In this document: positions 10,969 to 21,371 of the stretch, piece after piece
Layout of the letters: every line of letters begins with the position of its first letter
How positions within the stretch are numbered: position 1 is the stretch's first letter
Assembly (NCBI GenBank): GCA_024704765.1
Contig: JAKMXF010000266.1
Coordinates: 310,001 to 374,000, forward strand
Reading direction: 5' to 3'
Length of the DNA stretch: 64,000 nucleotides
Origin: Oopsacas minuta
Taxonomy: Eukaryota > Animalia > Porifera
Position numbers and translations under genes: made by a program
Notes under the pieces: model-generated
What the model was told of the DNA's origin: nothing
Databases searched by the model: none
Seen by the model: only the letters and a program-made list of their open reading frames with translations

Positions 10969-13900
10969 ATGGATTCAGAAACTCCGCCGCCAGAAGAAGA
11001 CTTCAGTGGTATCCCTCTTGAAGATCGTCTCTCTCATAAGAATTGGAAAGCTCGTGTTTCAGGGTATGAAGAACTCGTAAAGAAATTCCGAATATTAGAA
11101 GAAGACAGTCCAGAATATGTGAAATACTCTTATGATATGAAGAAATACGTTTCTGATACTAATGCAGCTGCCTTAGAAAAAGGCCTAGATGTAGCTGCAG
11201 CCTTCCTTGAATTCGCCAAGATGGAAGTAGCTGGAAAATGTGTACAAGATATAATGCAGGGAATCACAGCTAAATGTTTCAATGCGAGACCCAAAGCGAA
11301 AGAAATAGCGAACAACGTATGCTTGCTTTGTGTTGAAGTTGAGAAACAAGATGTAGTAATCGAGGAACTAATAGCAGGCTGTACTGCTAAAATACCTAAA
11401 GTTGTTATAGGCTGTATTGCTGCTATAACGAATATCGTAGCTAAATTCGGTGCTCATATAATTCAGGTAAAAATCCTCCTCAGAGGGCTAGCTTCACCGT
11501 TTGCTCATACTGATAAGAACATACGTAACGAAGCCAAGAATCTCTCAATTGAGTTATGCAAATGGCTGAGAGCGGATATCCTACGTATTTGCCTCAAAGA
11601 TTTAAAACCAGTTCAGTTGAAGGAACTGGAAGATGAATGGAAAAAAGTAGCTGATGAAGTTCCTAAACCAACTCGCTTTCTCCGCTCCAAACAGAATGAA
11701 CCAGATGAACTAGCAGCTACAGATGATCAGGCTGAAAGTGGAGGTGAAACTACTCCTTTAAAAGACAAGTCGCCCTTATTTGATCCTCTTGAAATGGTAG
11801 ATCCTATTGATCTACGTAAGCATTATCCACCTGACTTTTTCGAGCTTGTAGCCTCTGCAAAATGGAGTGAGCGGAGAGATGCTTTGGGATTATTTCTTGA
11901 GGAAGCTACTAAAGTTATTAAAGTTCTACCAGCTGATTATTCTGAGCTCTTAACAGCTATGCACAAAATGATTACAAAAGACACAAATATATATTGCGTG
12001 CAAAATGCCGCGAAAGTTGTCACAGTTCTAGCCAAGGGCCTGAAAGGACAATTTGAACCACAAGCTAAACTATTCCTAACAGCTGTCCTAGAAAAAATGA
12101 AGGAGAAAAAAGCCGCAGTTGTTGTTGTACTGAGCGAATGTGCTGATGCAATATACCAAACTTCCACAATGCTATTTCTCCATGAAGAGATACTAGAAAC
12201 TCTAGAGAGTAAGAATCCCAATGTAAAATCTGAGACATGTTTATTCACAGCCCGTTGCTTATGTTACTGCTCTCCTACTACCTTAACTAAACCTATAATT
12301 AAAGTGTTAGTACCTTCTCTATTGAAGCGATTAGATGACACTACACCTCAAGTACGTGATGCTGCCTCTATGGCTCTTGGCACGTGCCTGAAAATATTAG
12401 GCGATCGCCCTCTGGCTTTATACTTTGAAGATGTAGAAAAGAATAAAAGGGCTAAGATCCAAGAAGCTTCAGACAAAGCTGAACTTAAGGTCTCACAAGG
12501 AGCTAAGAAAGCTGTTACCAAGGCTAAAGAACCTGCGAAAAAAGAAGAGAAACAACCTGCAAAAGCTAAAGAAGATAAAGCCAAAACTGCTAAAAAGACA
12601 ATCAAAACCAACGTAACTAAATCCACCAGTCTTACCAAAAGTACTTCTAAGACTAACGTAACTGCGAAAGCCAAAACTAGTGGTTCAAAGGTTAAAACAG
12701 ATGATTTTCTGCCAAATTTCGAAAACGAGCCTTCCTACTCACCTGAAGAGTTGGATGCTATGGCTCAGGAAAGTTTTGGAGAAGATATACTAACAAGATT
12801 ATCTGACTCTAAATGGAGAGATCGATGTGATGCTTGTACAGAAGTGAAAGAGATTTTAGAAACGATAAATGAGGATAAAATAAATTCACAAATGTATATC
12901 CATGTAATCATGGTCAAACCAGGTTTAGCTGATGGCAACCTTCAAGTCATGAATCTGAAATTCTCCATGATCGGGTTCCTAGCCAAACGAGCACCAGACT
13001 GGGGCAGTAGATGTACTGAAGCTGTAATCGCTACTCTCGGTGAGAAATTAGGTGAAATGAGACTGAAAGCTACCAGCACTGAATCACTATTCTGTATTTC
13101 AGAGCGTATACAGTCCCTGCATCATGTAGCTCTCACTGTAATGAGTGTATGTTCTAATCATAAAAGTCCTAAGATACAAACTGAAGGATTTATATGGCTA
13201 GCAACTGCATTAGTCGAGTTTGGACTGAAAGTCAAACTTCCTGCATTTGTTGGTTACATCAAAACTGGACTTGCTAGTACCAACCCAAACATTAAAAGTG
13301 CTAGTCTCAAACTATTATCTGCTTTCGCTGTATTCTTCAGTACAAACATAGACGCGTTTAAAGGAATGCTAGGTGAGATTAACCCTAATATAAAAGGTAA
13401 AGTTGACAAAGAGATCCAAGTTTCAACAGAAAGTCCACCATCAAAACCTACACGTAGTCTGAAACCTAAAGATGCAGATGATGACAGTACGACAGATGAC
13501 AGTAGTAGTATGAATATGGATGATATGATCCCCCGTGTAGATATCAGTGGAAATTTCAAAGGAGCTATCATGGATAATCTCGCTGATAAGAAGGATTGGA
13601 GATTGAGGAATGAAGCCTTAGAAGAAATTAAAACTATCCTAAAACAGAGCCCTTCTATAACTCCTAATCTTGGTTTGCTTCCTGCAGGGCTAAAAGCACG
13701 TCTGAGTGATTCAAACAAAAATCTTGTCTGTACAACCCTCGGTATTATAGGCTCGTTAGCAGCTAAGTTAGGCCCTGGATTGACTAAAATAGTACGTGTC
13801 TTACTGCCTGCAGTACTGAACGTATTAACTGATGCTAAAGCTAATGTGAGAGAAGCGGCAATATTAACGCTGAATGCTTGGCACCAAAATCTTAAATTAT

Positions 13901-16900
13901 TTTCCTTCTTTGATTATGAGATGATTCTTACTGCGCTTAAGACAGACAATCCAAATCTACGAGCAGATTTAATGGGTTGGATTAGTGAGAATATAAAAGA
14001 AGTTCCAGCGAATACTTTGCCTAAAACAGAGCTTTTAGCCATAATTCCATCAGTTGGATCAGCTTTGGAAGATCGTGCCGCACCTGTTAGAGATAAGGCA
14101 AAGCAATTGTTATTGGCTATGGTAGAGAGTTTTGGCAAAGAATCAGTGACGAAAGCGAGTGCTAAAGCACCTGGACAGGTTATAAAGCAATTGTTAAGCA
14201 AAATTCCCGCACAACAATCTACTCCATCCATTCCTGACAATGTAGTTGAGCCAGAAAGCGCCAAACAACCCGAGAGCGAACCAACCCCCACAACAATCGT
14301 GACCAAAACTGAAAAGAGTTCGAACGTTGCGAAGGTGAAAGCCGCTCCACCTCCGGAACCTGAAGAAGTAAAACCGTTTAAAATGGGACCTTCTCGCGAG
14401 CAGAGAGAAGCAGAGGAGAAAAAATTAGGCTCGAGATGTCCAAGGTGGGAATTCGATCAACCAAGCACTGAGCATATTCGTTATGTCAGGAACCAACTTG
14501 AAAAATGTATGGACGTTGCGTTGCTAGACAAAATGCTTGATAATGATTTTCAAAAACATGAACCAGCTATCAAATTCATTATCGGGACATCTTGTTTAAA
14601 AGGACCTTGTGAGAGAGAGATTATCAACTGTATGGATCTCATCTTCAAATTTATTTCCATGAAACTATCGGAAAGAAATAATACCAAAATCCTAAAATTA
14701 TCGCTAGAATTTTTAAGAGTACTTTTGGAGCTTTTAAGTGATAAGAACTACACAATGTCTGATAACGAGGCATCCTGTATTGTTCCATTCATTGTCCAAC
14801 GAATGGGAAACCCAAATGAAACTCTTAGAAAGGAAGTACGTAACATAATCCAGTTATTCACTCATATCTATACAACCAGCAAAATATACATGATGATAAG
14901 TGTGGGGCTGGTCTCACGTAATTCTAAATTAAAGGTAGATTGCATTGAAGTCCTGGGAGAATTGATTCGTGACCAAGGCACAGGTGTGTGTACTCCTACT
15001 CCTCAGAAAGCCATTGAGACTCTAGCTAAATCTATTTCTGATTCTGACCACAAAACGAAAAACGCTGCACTCACATGCATGGTGTATATATTCAATCACA
15101 TTGGAGAAACATTGTTCAAATATGTGGGCCATATTCCACCAAAAGACAAAGATCTATTACAGGATAAAATCAAGAAATACGGTATGGCACCTTCATCATC
15201 ACCAGTTCCAACCGCTAAATTCGAGCTACATAATTCTAAATCTGCAGCCCATAGCACAGATAACTTGCATGAGCCTGTTCCTCCTCCTCCACCAGTTGAA
15301 AATGTACCGGAACAAATTGAACCTGAACCTATTCATGATCAACCTCTCCTTCTAGCTTCGGATCCTCTTCTGGAACCTGATATTAATATGCCAACTGCAG
15401 TACCCCAAATTGAACCACAATCATACCCTCGATCCGCACCATCTCAACGAACGCCACAATTGACAATCCCTCAATCAGCTGGACCATTCAGTGTAGATGT
15501 TGATAGCATTTGCAAGAAACATGAACTTGTGCAGACAACTCCACTCTCTAAGTTAATACGACCCACTGGTTATGAAGAACTCCTAAAGAAACCAACTAAC
15601 ACTACTAACTACCAAACTAGTGTACTATATGCCAGATCACAATATGCTGAAGATCTACCTGCTATTATCAACTATCTTGCATCACAGGACCTAGGCAAAG
15701 TAGATGAAAATAACCGTAAATTAGAGCAGATTATAAAACTACAACCGTTTCAAGTTGTGGATTATGTTAACTCAATTATAGAAGCTGCTCTGATTCAATT
15801 CTCAACCTGTGAATCAATGCTAGCATCAAGATCTACCACAGACCATATGTTGAGTGTGCTACGCGGAATACTATCGTGTCTAATGAATGTTCTTGAAATT
15901 AGGGTGCTTTGTAAGAAAATTAAACAACAAAACCTTAAGGACCTCTTCAAGCATATCGCGCATCTCCTCACCAACCCTGGTTTGAATACGTTTGATGAAG
16001 GCGTACAGGTAATCCGGGCCCTGAACCTTTTGGTAGCACTAATCCTTGAATCAGTCGATCACAATGAACTATTCACCGTTTTGCTAGATTTGATGCTACA
16101 ATCCTTGACAAGAGAAGGCACTCCTTCAGATACTACTGATATATACATGAAATCTGTATGGAGATTGACACGTAATTTGAATGATAATATCAGATTAATT
16201 AAAGTGAATAAACTCCTGTTTGATGTTGATCAATTCTTCATCGCTTACACACGAGTTGGAACTACACCACGCTCAGAGGATAAACTGTATAAAACCGCGA
16301 AAACTATCGTGTTTCATGTTGCTAACAGTCTTGATACAGAAGTGTGGGATTACACAGATTTGATAGTTAAACCTGAACAGTCACATGTTTGCCGTACTAT
16401 TCGTAACACTCTTAACAAGTTGAGTAAATCTCAAGATAGTAGTTTATCTTCAAACAGTGATGTAAGTATCAGAAATACCAGCATGCATAATCAAGACTCG
16501 AGTATTAGTAGAGAAGGCGAACACGCGAAAATGTCTCCAGCTGCTAGATTTCGCGCTCAGCTCAACCAAGGCATGGAAGATGTTGGAGATGAGAGAGTAG
16601 GCAATCAAGAGGTTAACAGTAGACTGGCACAGATCTTTACTCGTATTGGTGCCCGTGAGATCAGTGGACAAGGATTAGCTGATTTATACAATTTCATGTT
16701 AGCCAACCCAACCACTGATTTACGTCCGTTTTTGAAGAGTACCAGCAATATCTTCCAAGGATATATTGAGAGAGGATTACAGAGCATTGAGCGGGATATG
16801 AGGAATCCATTCAAAGAAACTTCTAAGATCTATCAAGGTGATATAGAAACACGTAGCTCTTACCTGCGTTTGAGAGAGAACGCACGAAGGACCATGGATC

Positions 16901-17202
16901 TAGAACTCCCACTCCCTCCCAAGCAGGCAACCTCTTATTCACCGGGACTTTCTGTGAACGCTCCTCGTGAAGATTTCAACCAACGCAACTTACGACAGCC
17001 TCAATCCCAAACAGCAGCACGATTATCCCCACAAGATCCACAACAAAGGAGCTCTGCTAGAGATATGGCTAGCCTCCGTAAGCGTCTTGAATTAGCTACA
17101 AATTCTGCTGCTACCACAACACAGCCTGGTGTGACGTCAGCACCAGATAAGATTACAGAACTCCGTGAAAGGTTCTCAAGGTTACAACAACAAAACCTAT
17201 AA
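10969..17202 (+). CDS. CKAP5: Cytoskeleton-associated protein 5 (ch-TOG/XMAP215 microtubule polymerase), 2077 aa, intronless
   Basis: N-terminus LEDRLSHKNWKARVSGYEEL; successive TOG domains opened by KWSERRDAL, KWRDRCDA and DWRLRNEALEEI; K/S/T-rich basic linker; C-terminal EVNSRLAQIFTRIG...GLADLYNF region typical of ch-TOG. Confidence 0.96.
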   Translation: MDSETPPPEEDFSGIPLEDRLSHKNWKARVSGYEELVKKFRILEEDSPEYVKYSYDMKKYVSDTNAAALEKGLDVAAAFLEFAKMEVAGKCVQDIMQGITAKCFNARPKAKEIANNVCLLCVEVEKQDVVIEELIAGCTAKIPKVVIGCIAAITNIVAKFGAHIIQVKILLRGLASPFAHTDKNIRNEAKNLSIELCKWLRADILRICLKDLKPVQLKELEDEWKKVADEVPKPTRFLRSKQNEPDELAATDDQAESGGETTPLKDKSPLFDPLEMVDPIDLRKHYPPDFFELVASAKWSERRDALGLFLEEATKVIKVLPADYSELLTAMHKMITKDTNIYCVQNAAKVVTVLAKGLKGQFEPQAKLFLTAVLEKMKEKKAAVVVVLSECADAIYQTSTMLFLHEEILETLESKNPNVKSETCLFTARCLCYCSPTTLTKPIIKVLVPSLLKRLDDTTPQVRDAASMALGTCLKILGDRPLALYFEDVEKNKRAKIQEASDKAELKVSQGAKKAVTKAKEPAKKEEKQPAKAKEDKAKTAKKTIKTNVTKSTSLTKSTSKTNVTAKAKTSGSKVKTDDFLPNFENEPSYSPEELDAMAQESFGEDILTRLSDSKWRDRCDACTEVKEILETINEDKINSQMYIHVIMVKPGLADGNLQVMNLKFSMIGFLAKRAPDWGSRCTEAVIATLGEKLGEMRLKATSTESLFCISERIQSLHHVALTVMSVCSNHKSPKIQTEGFIWLATALVEFGLKVKLPAFVGYIKTGLASTNPNIKSASLKLLSAFAVFFSTNIDAFKGMLGEINPNIKGKVDKEIQVSTESPPSKPTRSLKPKDADDDSTTDDSSSMNMDDMIPRVDISGNFKGAIMDNLADKKDWRLRNEALEEIKTILKQSPSITPNLGLLPAGLKARLSDSNKNLVCTTLGIIGSLAAKLGPGLTKIVRVLLPAVLNVLTDAKANVREAAILTLNAWHQNLKLFSFFDYEMILTALKTDNPNLRADLMGWISENIKEVPANTLPKTELLAIIPSVGSALEDRAAPVRDKAKQLLLAMVESFGKESVTKASAKAPGQVIKQLLSKIPAQQSTPSIPDNVVEPESAKQPESEPTPTTIVTKTEKSSNVAKVKAAPPPEPEEVKPFKMGPSREQREAEEKKLGSRCPRWEFDQPSTEHIRYVRNQLEKCMDVALLDKMLDNDFQKHEPAIKFIIGTSCLKGPCEREIINCMDLIFKFISMKLSERNNTKILKLSLEFLRVLLELLSDKNYTMSDNEASCIVPFIVQRMGNPNETLRKEVRNIIQLFTHIYTTSKIYMMISVGLVSRNSKLKVDCIEVLGELIRDQGTGVCTPTPQKAIETLAKSISDSDHKTKNAALTCMVYIFNHIGETLFKYVGHIPPKDKDLLQDKIKKYGMAPSSSPVPTAKFELHNSKSAAHSTDNLHEPVPPPPPVENVPEQIEPEPIHDQPLLLASDPLLEPDINMPTAVPQIEPQSYPRSAPSQRTPQLTIPQSAGPFSVDVDSICKKHELVQTTPLSKLIRPTGYEELLKKPTNTTNYQTSVLYARSQYAEDLPAIINYLASQDLGKVDENNRKLEQIIKLQPFQVVDYVNSIIEAALIQFSTCESMLASRSTTDHMLSVLRGILSCLMNVLEIRVLCKKIKQQNLKDLFKHIAHLLTNPGLNTFDEGVQVIRALNLLVALILESVDHNELFTVLLDLMLQSLTREGTPSDTTDIYMKSVWRLTRNLNDNIRLIKVNKLLFDVDQFFIAYTRVGTTPRSEDKLYKTAKTIVFHVANSLDTEVWDYTDLIVKPEQSHVCRTIRNTLNKLSKSQDSSLSSNSDVSIRNTSMHNQDSSISREGEHAKMSPAARFRAQLNQGMEDVGDERVGNQEVNSRLAQIFTRIGAREISGQGLADLYNFMLANPTTDLRPFLKSTSNIFQGYIERGLQSIERDMRNPFKETSKIYQGDIETRSSYLRLRENARRTMDLELPLPPKQATSYSPGLSVNAPREDFNQRNLRQPQSQTAARLSPQDPQQRSSARDMASLRKRLELATNSAATTTQPGVTSAPDKITELRERFSRLQQQNL

Positions 17203-17558
17203 ATTCAAAATCTTCAGTACCCTGTTTAGAAATTAGACTTGAAGTAATCATCCTTGGTATTTACTTGATTTTGTGTTCTTCATTACCTTACAAATGTATG
17301 TTCTCATTATTCATACAATGTTGTACACTATTTGTGCCTCTCAGGTTACTTAATGACTGATGATAAGTACAGTTATAGTTTCCACTTTACCAGATAGTTC
17401 TGGTCCATGGGTGTTTGAGTCCGTGAATGTATATAAATTTGGCGAGCAAAAGTGCATATAATGCATGCATTTATACACGAATTTGACCAATGTTTTGTTG
17501 TTTAAATGTTGTTTCCAATGAATTTCTCACAGATATTTTACATTATCAAGCTATAATT

Positions 17559-18167
17559 ATGAACCCTGAAATTTTAAAAAGCATTGAAAATGTCTGTATA
17601 GTCAATATTAAGTCTGAAGGTTCGTTTGACAAACTTCGTTCAGAATGCATCGGAGAAATCCAAAAGGAATACCAATTCCAACAACTTCGTTCTCAAATTG
17701 AAGATCAAACTATTAATTATATAAAAGGTAAGAGGGAGCGTTCAAGCGGGTCGCAAAGTAAAAGTGAAATCAGGGGAGGACTCAGAACCTATTTAAACGA
17801 TGCATTGAATGGAATTCTTAAACCACAAATGGATTCTTTAGTTGATTCAATTATTAAGAGTCAAGAAAGTTACATGAGGCAGATTGTAAAGCAAACTGTT
17901 GAGTCTATATCTAACCCGGTTAAGGAATATTCTCCTCCTGGAGATAATTGTATACCTGAATTGGGTGCTGAACTTGTTGTACTGCCCTCTGTTTGTGAAG
18001 ATGCAGGGCAGCCAATTTACGAGGAAACTATCACAAACAATACCAACAACAACAACAATAACAACAACAATGATGATGATGATGCTCATAATATAGATAA
18101 TGAAGAAGATGTTATTACAGCTATAACCCCTGATTCTATGTTACTATACTCTGATAGTAATAATTAA
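17559..18167 (+). CDS. BOD1: BOD1-family (BOD1/Shg1 domain) protein with Asn/Asp-rich acidic tail
   Basis: IVNIKSEGSFDKLRSECIGEI..EYQFQQLRSQIE..KSEIRGGLR matches the recalled BOD1 N-terminal domain (LKSRGLFDSFRRDCL..YQNLRQKV..KNQLRNGLR). The ATG at 17559 follows the acceptor-like TTTCTCACAG. Confidence 0.75.
   Translation: MNPEILKSIENVCIVNIKSEGSFDKLRSECIGEIQKEYQFQQLRSQIEDQTINYIKGKRERSSGSQSKSEIRGGLRTYLNDALNGILKPQMDSLVDSIIKSQESYMRQIVKQTVESISNPVKEYSPPGDNCIPELGAELVVLPSVCEDAGQPIYEETITNNTNNNNNNNNNDDDDAHNIDNEEDVITAITPDSMLLYSDSNN
18036..18085 (+). repeat. (AAC)n/(GAT)n coding microsatellite (poly-Asn/poly-Asp)
   Basis: ACAAACAATACCAACAACAACAACAATAACAACAACAATGATGATGATGATG. Confidence 0.8.
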
Positions 18168-18467
18168 TAAATGCAATTAAATATTATAATAATTGTCTGT
18201 TATAATTTGAGTTGTCGCCTAATAACAAAATTCGTCGAATAGCATTTTTCTCGAAGGACATAGAGAGTGGATTTTGTATTGGAATAGTTCCTCTAATAGC
18301 AAGTCCCGGATTAGCAAGCGAAATTCGTGAAATAGGACTTGCAAACTACACTGTGTTAGCAATAAAATTGACTTTAATTATTAGAAACTGAAAATTATTA
18401 ACCAAAATCCACAGTTATTAACTCAGTCATTATAGTTTCTAAACATTCCTTATCCGTTACCGGGTAG

Positions 18468-21153
18468 ATGTGTGAAGACATAACAACCGTGGAATCTGAG
18501 TTATTAGACAATCTCGTACCTCCTAATACAGAGGAGGTAGCTATGACACCTCATCCATACTATAACCATTGTAGCGGGTCTGTTAAGAGATTCATCGTCA
18601 CAGACATTCTGCCAATAGCGAGACAATACGCAGTTGTGTATCACTCGCATGAAACAGCTGAGGAATCCAATGAACCATATAAACATGCATATGAAGCTAG
18701 AGAGCATCTCAATACCTGTTTAAGTTTAACTAATTCTATTCTCTTGAAGACGGATGAAAGTGAATGGGAGCAAGAGTTTGTTGAGAAAGATAAACTGTGT
18801 TTACAAATGCTTAGAAACTTCCTACGCTATCAAATTGGTAAACTCAGATACAATAATTATCTCCCGTATATCGAAACTCAAAGGACAGCAATAATTTCTT
18901 CGATATAAGCTGAGTTGGACCTAACCAATGAAATACAAGTTACTTTGACGGTTTGGGACCATATTTTGTACAATTCCAGACTTTGATATATCCGTGTTTG
19001 ATATACCGGGAGTTGGCTGTATATTTTAATGATGGTGAGTGCTATTTCTTATATTAATTAATATGTACTTTTGAGTAGGTAAGATCAATAATGAAGTTGA
19101 AGAACCACATGAAGCGGAACCAATGTTATTACAGTGCTTTGAGAGTATGAAACATTTATCAACTGGGGACAACTTATTGACACTATATTGCTGTGTGTGT
19201 AATGAATTGGGGGTAATTTGGTGTCAGAGAGGAGAACAGGAGAGATCTCATGAGTACTTAACATGTGGGAAGAATGCCTATGAAGATTATAACAGAGAGA
19301 ATGCTCCTATACACATAAATGAATTGTTCTGTCCTGGAGCTGCTGAGCAGGGAGAAGAAGCTAGGAGAAGTGCATGGGAGAGAACATATACACACACACT
19401 ATACTATCTTGCTCAGGTGATAATTATCACGGTCCCTTGAGCTTCGATATAACAGGAGTTGACTGTAATACATATTCTACAGGTATATGGTCACTTGAAA
19501 CAATTCGATAAAGCAGCTCTCTACTGCAGGAGGACTCTAGTCAGACAATTGCCTAACATATTAACGATTAATGATGCTATTGAGTGGTCATTCAATGCTG
19601 CTACTCTCTCTAACTACTATTCTAGACACCAGAGACTAGCAGTAGCTAGACACTGTATTGCTTGTGCACAAGTTGTATTCCATTCTTTCCTTACGAAGGT
19701 ACAAATATGAAATATAATTAGAGTTAATACTTGGTTGTATTTGCATTGAACTTCTTTAGATTAATCTGCAAGAAATGCGCGAAAACATAAGAGAAAAAAT
19801 TGAAAGGACTAAGGCAGATATAGCTCGCTTCTGGATCAGCTTAGCTCGGACTATTCTATTAGAATCATCTCGTGTATTTCAATCTAAAGGTAAATATCTG
19901 TGGTTGTAGTTTTTCAAACTCAAGAAATGGCGAATATGTGTATAATCGTATACCTACGTAAATGATTGCCGTAATATTAAATTCTATGTTAGTTGCTTCT
20001 AAAACTGAACCTTCTGAAGATATTGATCATATACAGAAGATGATAGCAGCTTCTGAGAAGATGTTTGAAGTAGCAGAGAGAGTAGATTCAGAAGACAAAT
20101 TTGAAGGTATTGACGTGAGTCAGTTAGAGTCAAGATTTATAGTAGTCACTTCTTGCTACGCTCAAGCTAGCGAAGTGTTTAAATTCGCGCAGGAACAAGT
20201 TACGATAGCTCATGGATTCTTTAAAATGGATGGTTATGTCACAGATCATATTGAAGTGTTACAAGACTCATCTACTCTATACAAATTGTTGTCAATGTTT
20301 GAGCCTAATTTCGACATGAAATGTAGAATGCATAAGCGTAGAATTGATATGCTAGAAGGGCCATCTAACTCACTGAATACTCAGTATTATTTGATGGTAT
20401 GTAGACAGATGTGGTATGAGATTGGTAAGTATAGTATTGAGTAACTTTCATAATTGAAAATGCATTGGAATTCACCGATTACTGTCCATTGGAAAAATGA
20501 AATTTCATAAATTAGGTTTTGGCGGAAAATTATTTATGAAAATGTGTTAGGGATTCATTTAGATGAGTGAGGGCTGTAAATACACTGATCTCACCTCCCC
20601 TTACAATTTATCTCGAATAACAAAGGCTAAATTTCCAAAATATCTACGTGACATCTAGCTTCTATTTAGTATTAGCCCCCTCAGCGGTGAAAAACTGTGA
20701 AAGATGAACTTTACACTTTTTCTGTGTTTTATAGCTGACACCTATATGGAAATGGCGGGCCTCAAAAGCGATAATTCAAAATTCCACATATCACAAGCAC
20801 ACCCTAAAGTTAAACAAAAATACAATAAACTTACTCTGCAATCTTACAAATATTATCAGATATTTCACGACTCAATTAAACCGGAAAAGAACGGTGTTTA
20901 TGATATAGAATTAATTAGACCATTAGTGCTATCAAAGATGGGAATGTCCAAAGCAAAATCGAATTTATTAGTTGATGAACGTGAACTATATCGTTATATG
21001 AATGAAGCGTTAGGTGAATATAAATGGATAGTGAAGTATCTAGATCAACATCCTGATGCAAAGAAGAAATGTGAAAGCCAATATGACCTAGTTAAAGAGT
21101 TGAGTGCACTACTCCCGAGCCAGATTGATAAATTCCAGAAAAAGTTGATTTGA
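18468..21153 (+). CDS. KIFBP: Kinesin family binding protein (KBP/KIF1BP); 6 exons approx. 18468-18837, 19079-19416, 19483-19698, 19760-19889, 19993-20424, 20735-21153
   Basis: NEPYKHAYEAREHL, NELGVIWCQRGE, ERTYTHTLYYLAQVYGHL, EWSFNAATLS, DGYVTDHIEVLQD, KCRMHKRRIDMLE and LNTQYYLMVCRQ match recalled KBP motifs; splice phases are consistent. Confidence 0.92.
19423..19467. mobile_element. Solo terminal fragment of MITE family A filling most of a 66-nt KIFBP intron (19417-19482)
   Basis: ATTATCACGGTCCCTTGAGCTTCGATATAACAGGAGTTGACTGTA aligns with 1462-1505 (ATCATCACGGTACTGTGAGCTTCGAGATAACGGGAGTTGAATC). Confidence 0.55.
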
Positions 21154-21371
21154 ATGGAATTTTTATATTCAAAAGGATATAGGAATATATATTAATAATT
21201 TTTAAGTATAGTTTGAGCAACTTATTTCAGAAATTATGCTAGTGATGTTAGCAAAAAATAATTCTACGTAATTTTACACGGATAATTTGCTTCATTTATT
21301 GAAACCATTTGGACCTTCATTTATTATCTGATATAACTTTATGCATATTTTGCATTGAATTTGTATTAGCC

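Noticed and set aside
18267-18412. Nested inverted repeats between BOD1 and KIFBP (GTGGATTTTG/CAAAATCCAC; GCAAGTCC/GGACTTGC)
   Set aside because: Only 8-10 bp arms with asymmetric spacing; cannot be distinguished from chance or a decayed MITE.
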